Shown here one piece after another: positions 54,236 to 64,000 of a stretch of 64,000 bases of DNA. Each line of letters opens with the position of its first letter. Positions within the stretch are counted from its first letter, which is position 1. The position numbers and the translations under genes were made by a program. Where the stretch lies: assembly GCA_040954595.2 (NCBI GenBank), contig CM082578.2, positions 9,347,519 to 9,411,518 of the forward strand. The letters are read 5' to 3'. The DNA comes from Balanoglossus misakiensis (lineage: Eukaryota > Animalia > Hemichordata). The notes below the pieces were generated by a model, which was not told where the DNA came from, made no database searches, and worked only from the letters and a program-made list of their open reading frames with translations.

Positions 54236-54245
54236 GTCACGTGAC
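54236..54245. promoter_or_regulatory. CLEAR-type palindromic E-box (TFEB/MITF site) in the putative SLC46 paralog A promoter
   Basis: Perfect GTCACGTGAC in the short CpG-rich gap between the TTLL3 poly(A) signal and the first exon of paralog A. Confidence 0.55.
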
Positions 54246-54659
54246 GAAAGGTTATAGGTCAAACAGGAGTACGTTCACTTCCTCGATGGGATGGGTACCA
54301 AAAACGTACGTACCCAACTCGCCTGATGTCTCAAATTCAAGGACGCCGAGTAATAATTAAATTGAACGAAATTGCGCGAAATTGACCATTCCCTTGGAAA
54401 TTCACGGGCCATCCCACTTCCTCTATTATCATGGGGAGCGCCCTCGAACGACGGATATTTCAGTGCACTTGTTTTCCCTGTAGAAAGTTTGCATCGGACA
54501 GATCTGTTTTCTGACTTCTGTTTCCCTTTCAGCGCAAAGGTACATTAGGACAAGATCCAATCCCTGTCACACAAACTGCCCAAAATACAAACCACAGCCA
54601 TCACACCATCTTCACAATAAAACAAGTATATGAAATTCAGTATGTAGAATACAATTGCC

Positions 54660-54665
54660 TTTATT
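54660..54665 (-). terminator. Candidate polyadenylation signal of the distal TTLL3-like 3' UTR
   Basis: AATAAA on minus at the end of ~900 nt of AT-rich sequence downstream of the stop at 55583. Confidence 0.45.
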
Positions 54666-55582
54666 GATACGTAGAAAAAAGTCCATAACTATGTACAAGA
54701 CTCAGGAATACAGACTCATTCTAACCATTGTACAAGACTACAACAGCTGTCAATACTTTTGCAAATTGCGGATATTTCTACCTTGTACAGCTTGTTGGCT
54801 GCAAAAAATCTGCCATTGAGGATAACATGATAAAAAAAACTGAAATCTAGTTGATTGACTACATATGTATGATTCATATTAATTTCATATTTCTGATTCT
54901 GTGGATTATTAAAACGATCTACATGTACCTTTCCACAGGAACACAAAATTTATTTTATTTACATAGTTACATTAAAATAAAAATGTACATTTCAGTTGAA
55001 ATATATCTGACATTGCCACTGTAGTAAATATACTATACCAACACCTCACTGAAATCAATGAACATTTCTGTCAGTGTCTATTTCATTTTTTTAAAGACAG
55101 AAATGTGTTTATAAACATGCACCATTCTGAAGTGTTACTACAACAGATAGTGAAACATGAAATGATTTGAACAGATTACATGGGAAACATGATTTGGAAA
55201 AACAGTAAATGGTTCAAATTAATTGTACCCAAAAAAATCCCCAACGCATTTCAGATCGAGTAATGGATATATTAAACCGGTACATTTGCAATGGACAAAG
55301 TACAAAATGCTTTTGTGTGAAATTGACGTGAAGGCTGCATGGCTCCTGACAAAAGGCTATTTGGCATAATGATATTGATAATCTGACACGAGGATTATTT
55401 TTTTGACAAAACGACTAATTCTTGTCATTTATTTGTAAATTCGGTCAAAAATTGTACAGCGAAATGAAAAACCCTTCTTTTTTGTAATCTGTCAAAATAA
55501 ATGAAGAAAGAGTGTCGAATATTTGTAGCGAAGAAAACACCAGGTGTTTCTTACTAGGGGGAACTGTTCTGTCGTCGATCGG

Positions 55583-56022
55583 CTACCTTGGAGAAACTAT
55601 GGTCATTTGGCAAGTTTGCGGTTTAATGGAACCGTCCTCCTCGTATCGTATCACCGTGCGTATGACTTTGTCAGTCTTTGGGGCCGGTTTCACACACAGG
55701 CCCAAGCGTTTGACGTTCCTGGACGGCGGGAAGCTAAACGGCGCCGCTTTGTTTTGCTCCTTCAGAGAAGTGGAACTGATCCTGACCGCGTCCGCGCGAT
55801 AGGCCTTGATGAAAGTGCTACTCCGGGGGATGGGCTCGGGAGAGGCCAGGTAGCGGGCGTGCCGCGGCAGCTGCACGGGCTCGGGCGTGACGATGCTGCC
55901 ACGCGAGCACTCGCAGGCCGCGGCGGTGGCCGACTCCAGCGACATGTTTAGTTTGACTCCGTTGACTTGGCCGCAGCGAGGGCAAGACCTACCCCAAGAG
56001 CCGTCTACAGTGTTAATGGGAC
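55583..56022 (-). CDS. Probable distal terminal coding exon of the TTLL3-like gene
   Basis: CCTCTTCCTCACACAG acceptor opens a GC-rich phase-1 frame of 146 codons ending in TAG, surrounded by AT-rich intron/UTR-like DNA on the same strand as TTLL3. The upstream junction is unresolved. Confidence 0.55.
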
Positions 56023-59000
56023 CTGTGTGAGGAAGAGGAGACACGGAACATGCAAAGGTTTAGGAAGGGGTTACTATAGGAAAGCAGGCGTTAAAACAGA
56101 GGGCGGGGCCGTGAAGAAAACGTCAAAAATATACGAACACAACGTGTCGGTGACGGCAAAAAACGGTGAATCAAGTGAATGGCTTGAATGCAAAGCAAGC
56201 AAATGACGGGGGTGTTCTGCAGAGAAACGCAATGTGGGCTGAAATGTTAAATGCAAGTGATTAGTGCATGTTAGGCAAAATGAGCACGACGTTTAGTTTT
56301 GAGGAACACAGACGGCATAAATCACACACAAAAACTGAGTGAACGTGACAACTGCAGTGACATTAGTAGGAAGGACTGTTTTTCCTGCAAAGTTTGACAT
56401 CAGTGTGTTTCCAACGCAAGGATTGAACAACGCAGCCAATAAGTGTCAAATTTGCATCAGTCAGGATCAAACCTGTTGGGTCAAAGTTCATATTCAGGTC
56501 CGACTTGATGTCACGCAAATGACCTCAGGTCAAAGTTCACATTGGGATCAAAGTTGTCAGCTTAAACATGATATCACACATTGGCTGCGATTCCCATCCA
56601 TGAATCCCAAACACAGATGATCAAACTGCTAGCATGCAGCTGTGCAAAGTCCTTGGGCCACTGCAACCTGCGCTCACCCTTTGAGTTTTAACGAGCATCT
56701 GTAAGGATGCAACCGAGCTAGTTCAGCGGACACTAGATGAATCAAAACAACGACCAAAAATTTGTTTTTTCGATATAGAGAGAGAGAAAAGAAAAGTTTG
56801 ATTTTAGATACAAATCACAAAAAAGTTAAATACAATAGAATTAGTTAGTACATGTCAACATGACGTTATAGAGGTGTCCACCCACTCTCCCAGGAGTAAC
56901 CAACTTGGCAAGTTCATTTATCTCTTCTCTCATGTACTCCATCTTTTCTTTTAATTTTTTATGCCTCAGTCGATGCTACAATTGAAAAAAAAAAATGCAC
57001 AAGAGCACAGACTTATTAATTGCACAGAATTTAAATTTTCTTTGAAAAAAAAATGGCACACAATGATAAAGTGTCAGTATTTTGTAACACAGAACAAAAC
57101 TTCAAAAAGAAATACACCAGTTTTAGTATTGCAAAAATGGAGAAATTGTAGATAATATTTCAAGTTTGGCAACTGCGATTGGCTGATGAAGTCCACGGCA
57201 AAATTTAACATGGGCATAGTAGATCTGCATAACCACCGCCAATGTACAATCTGACAAGTAGATTTGTTTTTATAATGCAGTAACCTTTGACCCAAAAGCA
57301 AATATGATAAGGTGGCAAGTATGCAAGCATGCTCAACTGTTAGATTTTGACAGGACTTCTCCCCGTGAAAAGTAGTAAAGAGCTTTCCATCTGTGTTAAA
57401 AGTTAGGTTACAAACCAAACGCAGAAATCAAAATCCCACAAAAAAATGCCAAAGCAAGATGTTAACTGTTAGTTTTCAACGGCAAAATCATAGAAATTAC
57501 ATAGCTCAAAAAAAAAGACAATTACCTGTGCAAGCATGACATCACCTTTGAGAGATGGAATATATCAAGAGAGAGAAATGATCAAGGTGTGGAAAAATTA
57601 AAACTCAGGATTTATCTTTTGTCAAGCCAAGGTTGAATACATCTGATGGGAATATGGGCAGTAGATAATACAGGAGCCCTTAATTTGTACAGAATAAAAT
57701 TGTTTGCAAGTAATAAAAAGCCCAGTAAAGAGAAAAGTCAAGTTGAAAGTTTGTGTGACAGCTTTTGGGGGTTTTGTACGGACGTGTGTAATTTCCGTTA
57801 CGCGAAAACAAAGTGAAACATCTTTGATTTCACTAGGATTCTAGGATTTGAATTGCTTTCGTTGCTGATGCTGTGTGTATGCGGCGTGCCGTGCATAACT
57901 GCAATCACTGTGACTTTTCTGATCCATATATGTCTACTAATACTTTTCAGGTTCAAGCAGAAAATAATCTTCCCACATGAAAAATGTGCCTTCAATCAGA
58001 ATTTTGTCTGATGAAACTGATCATCGAGAACCAGCCTGAATTTTACCCTGAAACCATCGTCTGGGATCTACACCTCTATCTGGTACACGCTGACACGAAC
58101 CAATCCCCTTTCTATTAATCTCCATTCTTGATGATGTCATTTGCATATTTTTGACGAATGACATTACAATAATCATCCAAGAGTTGGAGAGAACACTTTC
58201 AGCAGATAAGCCTTCTCATCTTCATGGTCCAGAAATTGACCCTATCGTGTACATTTTGTAATTGGCCAGCGAACTACAGTTAGTAAATATACATGACTAG
58301 TGTGTCTTCTCACAAGCATGATTTTTTAAAAGCTTTGAATCAATTTGAGAATTTCTAGAAATTTCTTTGCCTATTATATGCTACCTTTACATGCAATATG
58401 TGCGGCATCACAATTGGCTTGGAGGGCACACTGTATGCAACAAATATTCAATTAGAACTCTACGAAAACATCTTATTGCACATGTTTGAAAAATTATATT
58501 AATGTTAATGAGATTGAATATCCCTTCCTAAGAGTTAGAAAATAAAAACTTATAATTTAATGCGTTCACATATATCATAGATTATAATAACTGTCAAATG
58601 CTGGCGACTTAAAATCATTTGCATAACAGAACTGAAGGCTAAATACGTGGTTCTCTTTTGACTGCAAGTGTTCACAACCAAAAGAGTTTACAAATGTTTT
58701 GGTACATCTGTGAAGAATATATAGTTAATAAAAATCGTATTTAGAGTCAAGAAGACTTCTGCAAAAACATAAACCTAGAGTTATATGAAATTTAAATCAC
58801 AAGTCTATTCTATACATGGAATAATGAACAAGGTGTGAAAGTATTGAATCTCGCACATTCATTGTTGGCTGCATAATTCCCCGCATGTGAGGAGCTACAG
58901 TGCCATGTGCGCTATTTTGGACAGCATACATGACAGCATGGGAGTTTATTCCCAATGTGTACCCACTCCATGCCTATGTATGCTCCTTTTTTTTTTACAT

Positions 59001-59409
59001 GGAAATGCATTCATTTTACCTTGTAAATGTGAAAATTGAAGGGGGTTCACATTCCTGTATTCGAAGAACAAGTTTTCAGCAATAACTTAAAGGGGTCAGA
59101 GAACTCCAAAAGTAAACTGCCAGTTACATGTACATGCCAAGAGTACAACAGTGCCTATAGCCTCAAGCCCTTTCATGTAAAAAAAGTTTCTTTCCTTATA
59201 TATCTAAATTATTTTCACCAATTGTCAATTAGCATTTTGATTACTTTTTCACCAATTGTCTCTTCGCATCTTTGATTTACTTACTTGTCATAAAACAGGT
59301 TGATTCCTAAATTTAAACTGACATGTGGAAGAAAATTGTTTACAAAATCTGCCCCCCCCCCCCCCCCCCCCCCACCAAACCAAAATATTTCTCACTGGCT
59401 GTGAAAATG

Positions 59410-62400
59410 TCAAACAGTCGAATAGACGGTGACCCCATTCGGACCGTGTGTTATGACTAACTTTGCACTATTGGTATTACTGTGTTGAAATTGTATTTTC
59501 AGAGGCGTGGGCACTGTCGCGGTCTTGGCCGGCTTGAAATTTTTGCTGACAACTTGTTGCGGTCGGTTGATTTGCGGGACTTTCAACGTGCCCAGATTAT
59601 TGTCTTTCAGCGGCTTGTTCTCAGCCGGTAGGTAGGGTGAAAATTTGAGCCTCTGTTTGGGGGTCAGATTGTAAGGTGTGATGCTCTTCAGCTTGAAGGA
59701 TTTTTTGGGAGCATTTTCATCACTGCCCGTACCTGAGTATTTCTTCTGGAGTTCCTCCACCTGCGTGGCGACTGTCGTCTTCTCGCTCTGGTTCTGCGTC
59801 GATGCCGGTGGCGGCTTGTTGGCGGCTGGCTTCTTCGGACTGGCTAAGGGCTTTGCATTGACGGATGTCGACAGGACGGACGTGTCCGAGCTGGACTGTT
59901 TGGGGGCCACCTTACCGTACGGTGTGAAGTCTGTTAGCCTGGGCGTGATGGACGCCACGCTCTTCTGTTTGTTCAGGTAGCCCGGTTTCCGGATTTGCTG
60001 GCCTTCCACGTGTAGGTTGATTCCGATGTAAGGCGGAGCCAACACTTGTTGCTGTGAAAACGATGGGAACAAAGAATGCACAGGGAAGAAATTATTAACA
60101 TTGGACTTATATAGAGGTGATCTTGGGGTACAGGTGGATGGTTAAATCAAGGTTCAGAGAAACGTTTCTAGGTTTAAGAAATGACTAACCATACTCTCAC
60201 ACAACAAATAAAAAAACACATTTTTAATGCTTTCTACCTTCCATCCTTTCAAATAGTCTGATCCTCAAGTTTTCAGAGGCTAGATTAGACCAGTTCACTG
60301 GACAATGGGGATGACAGCAACACAAAAGTGCTCACAAAGTCCTCCTGCAGCAAAAACCGAATAAAATTTTACACCATACCTGTTTACAGATCAACTCAAA
60401 CTTTCCCGTGTCACAATTTTTGTCGTGCTTCCTGTCCAGAACCACTTTCATGGTGTCCTCGATCACGTCGTAGCACATCTTCTCCGTGATGGTGGAACTC
60501 GCTGACATGGCAGGACTGGAGTTGATCTCGATGAGCCATGGCTTGAAGTCGTCGGTGATCATGAAGTCGGCACCGTACAACTCAAAGGAGTTCTAGGGAC
60601 GAGAAGCGTGAGGCAAAAAAACAGTCAGAAATAATGTGCAATAAAATGTTTTCAGACAATCGTCACAATCACTTGTCCTTGTTCTCGACCATTCTCAAAG
60701 AACTGAAAATGTACTTTTGAAATTTCCAGACACAGGATTTACTATCGAATCTGATACAAGACAATGAACAGCCAACTTCTAAAATAAACTTGAAACAACA
60801 TAACACACACCTGTAATACCCGTTTCAGAAATTTCTAACACACTAATCAACCATATCTGATTACCTTTCTTGCATCTATGATGTCTTGTGTACACTGTAA
60901 GGCACATGTGATAGCTTGCTTCATTCCGGGATAGATCACTTCCCGGAAGACGTCGCCGTGACCGCGCCTCTTCAGGTAGTCGGAAAACTCCTCACAACTC
61001 CACATGTTGTCATCAGGCAGCTGTTTCGATCTCACATTCTCATTGTCATAATTTTTCTGGATGGAATTGTTGGCAAGGTGAATTTTCCTGTAAAAAAATT
61101 CATTCTTTTAATCAATAATGATATTGCTATTTCGTGCACTATATACGCGCACACACAAAACTGTAGGGACAGCGAAAAACTGTGAAATTAATTAAAATTT
61201 TGAAATCAGCTAAAATCTTGGGAAATACTCAATGTCACACACGGTCACTGATACAAAACAAAATTCCATCACATTGAAGGGGAAGTCTAGAAACAGAAAC
61301 AAGAGACACTCACTGCTCAAGATTCTGAAGTGTAAATTTATGCGTGCAGAATCTGAGGTAGCTATCTTCGTAAAACCATATGGTGAGGGGATTCCAGTCG
61401 GTCACCAGAAACCACTGCCTGATGTCGAATTTGGTGTCATACACCAATAGAGGGCGCTCTATATACTTCTGGACCACCCACTTGCCCTCCTTCCTGACAA
61501 CCTGGCTAGAGACCAGCTTTGTGATGTCTTCTAGCCTGTCCATGCACATGATACCTGTTGAGTGAGTTGGAGATGACATGGTTAACCAGACATCTATGCG
61601 ACATCCAGACTATGCAAGGAGACCATGGTCTGATCTGTTGTCTCTATTTTCCCTGTTTTTTTTTATTAAACATCCTGCGTTCTAAAAAATTTCATTTTAA
61701 ATACAAAAACAATATATGTTATTTTATGTCAGCAATTTCAAATTTAAAGTATAAATAAAAAACAAGCTATATCATAAAAAAAATGTTTAATTCCACCCAA
61801 GGACAACCCTAGGTCGTACTGACCTCTTCCCCTTGACTTTGCCCCGGGCTTGACGATCCAAACATTTCTGATGCCATCCAGATGCAGCTGTGGACATCTT
61901 GCTTTAAAGCGGTTCAGCAAGTACTTGCATTCCTCGTAGTAAGTTGAAGAGTTCTGGATGGTGGCACCATCACTGAAGACACAAAAAGGTCGGTCAGTTT
62001 CAATACAAATCATTTAGACAAAGCTGCAGTGGGGCAGTGTGCCTTTTAACCCTTTCACCATCACCTATTTAATGCATCTGAGTCAATGACCTTTTTGAAA
62101 TGTGTACACTGCTAAGATCTCTGCTTGCACACACTTACTGTATGAGTTGGTAATATTGTGGAAGGAAAGCATCCCATTTGGCGTCGTTCATTAACGGCGG
62201 AACTTCCGGGGCGATGTCGATGTCTTCGTGATCCTTGAGATCTAAATGGTTGTCGCAAACCTTCATGGCAAGCTCTAAGAACGCTGACGGGAGTACAATC
62301 GCTCGCTTCTTGGCTTTGGATTTGCGACCTGAATGAAGTACAAATAGAAGTAAAATGACTATGTTTTATAAACTGAGGGAACGCAAGACCCATAGAATGT

Positions 62401-63868
62401 AAGGCTCAGTTAAATAATATAATAAAATGTTCATTTTATCACAATTATTACCAAAGAATTTCCACACACACACAGCAAAAGAAGAATACCTGATTGCACT
62501 GCAGTGTTATTTTCACTATTATCAACATTTTTGTTGTCTTTATCAACTTTTTCATCTTTTTCCTTGTTTTCTTCCTCCTTTTCACCGTCTTTCTTCTCTC
62601 CCGCCTCTTCCGCCGGCTTTTCCGTCTCTTTGGCATCTACCTTCTCGGGCTCATCCTCTTTCTCCCCATCTTCCTCCTCCTCCTCCTCCTCCTCAACCTC
62701 ACGGTCCAGGTTTCCCTCCGAGTGCCTCTCCACAACCCACCTGACCACGCCCACGGCAGCAGTCATCCTGTAGTCATCTGTGTGGAAAGAGGATGTGGTG
62801 ATTACAGTCACCGTTTAAAATACAGAAAGTGATTCTTTTAACATTTTAATACAGGGTATCCATGAGCTCAGTTGTAAGCAGGGAGCCAGAGTCCACGCAT
62901 GGATGGTGAAACTTATACTTCCAGATGTATAAACATGGAAAATGTGCAAAAACACCACGATCAATGTTTATTAAAAAATCTCTGAAGTATATAGCAGTAT
63001 ACCTACCAATAAATGCAAGTTTCTCTTCTTCAAGTCCAATTTTGTAACACCGGGGGAAGAAAGTATCAGGGTCAATGTCCTGATACCAGTGCAGGTTTCT
63101 CAAGTTGGTGCAAATCCCAACCTGCAAGAAAATATTTCACATCATTTTATAGTTGAGTATTTTTCAAAACAGCAACCATTCCCCTTCCCCATGGACCAAA
63201 CCATGCCACTGAAACCAATCATGAGGTCCAACTGTGTGTAGTCAAAAGAGGCCTTTGAAAATACCAAATCACTGTATAATACACTTTCACTAGATCAAAT
63301 GGCATCTCAGTAAAGCTATCAGTTGTGATTGCAATTTCCATCTCACAAAATATGCAGCACTGCACGTACATGTGTATTCTAAAACCACTGGATCGCACGC
63401 TATCTGCGATTGGTACGAATTTAAAACCTCATGGCCTCACCTTCGTTGTAAATGATCCGTTTCGTGCATAGTGGTTGACTATTGTTTCTTTCCTGAGGTA
63501 TTTGTAGTCAATGCTATCCCTGCGCACGGTCCATATGAATGTGGGCGTGGCATTCCGCACAATCCGGGACTGCAGAAAGATCATCAGAAACACATCTCAT
63601 TATAAACTCTGCTGGAAAATTAATAGCTGGCTTCTGCGATGTGGTTTGGTGCAGTATGACGCAGTGTGGTGCGGTGCAACTCATTGCAGCATAGTATAGT
63701 GTGTTGAATGTTGTGATCATGACTGACATTTGAACTGACACAGAGTTCAGTCTAATTTTTTGACAGTGTATTCATAAAAACTCACCATGATACCGTAAAT
63801 GCTGTCACTGTCCTCCAAATTCTCTTCATTGTGTCCAGCAAAGTCATCATCACTATCATTGTTATTAT
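59410..63868 (-). CDS. TTLL3: Tubulin monoglycylase TTLL3/TTLL8-like (5' end lies beyond the window)
   Basis: Phase-consistent exons 63868-63786, 63569-63441, 63121-63007, 62777-62490, 62328-62139, 61972-61824, 61554-61314, 61087-60865, 60592-60380, 60051-59410. Glycylase-type motifs [86 protein letters not shown]. Confidence 0.93.
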
Positions 63869-64000
63869 CTGAAGAAGCAGAAGAAAAAAAGAACTTTCAT
63901 GTCAGTCAGCAGTTTGGAGGGTCACACGCAAAATGTCTTTGTTTAGTTCTGTGGCAGCAGCAGGCAATAACAGTTTATAGCCTTAAAAGCAATACAAATA

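Overview
Eukaryotic (intron-containing, AT-rich) animal DNA. Gene content and compact GT-AG introns suggest an invertebrate deuterostome such as a hemichordate (inference). The left ~27 kb is gene-poor: one intronless class A aminergic GPCR resembling histamine H3/H4 receptors (15502-17166, +), small transposon-like elements and microsatellites. From 27.7 kb all recognisable genes are on the minus strand: (1) a single-coding-exon 7-TM protein with the layout of the gustatory-receptor-like/DUF3537 '7TM ion channel' superfamily; (2) an ABHD6-like alpha/beta hydrolase with 8 coding exons; (3) four tandem SLC46 (PCFT/SLC46A3-family) MFS transporters with identical internal exons (132/84/157 nt); (4) the 3' part of a TTLL3/TTLL8-type tubulin glycylase that starts beyond the window. 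I built exon models by hand and checked their phases. Main leads: the SLC46 array, which shows swapped lysosomal sorting signals, altered proton-coupling residues, patchy gene conversion and a CLEAR box, plus the putative Grl/7TMIC channel and a GPCR with a rewired amine pocket.
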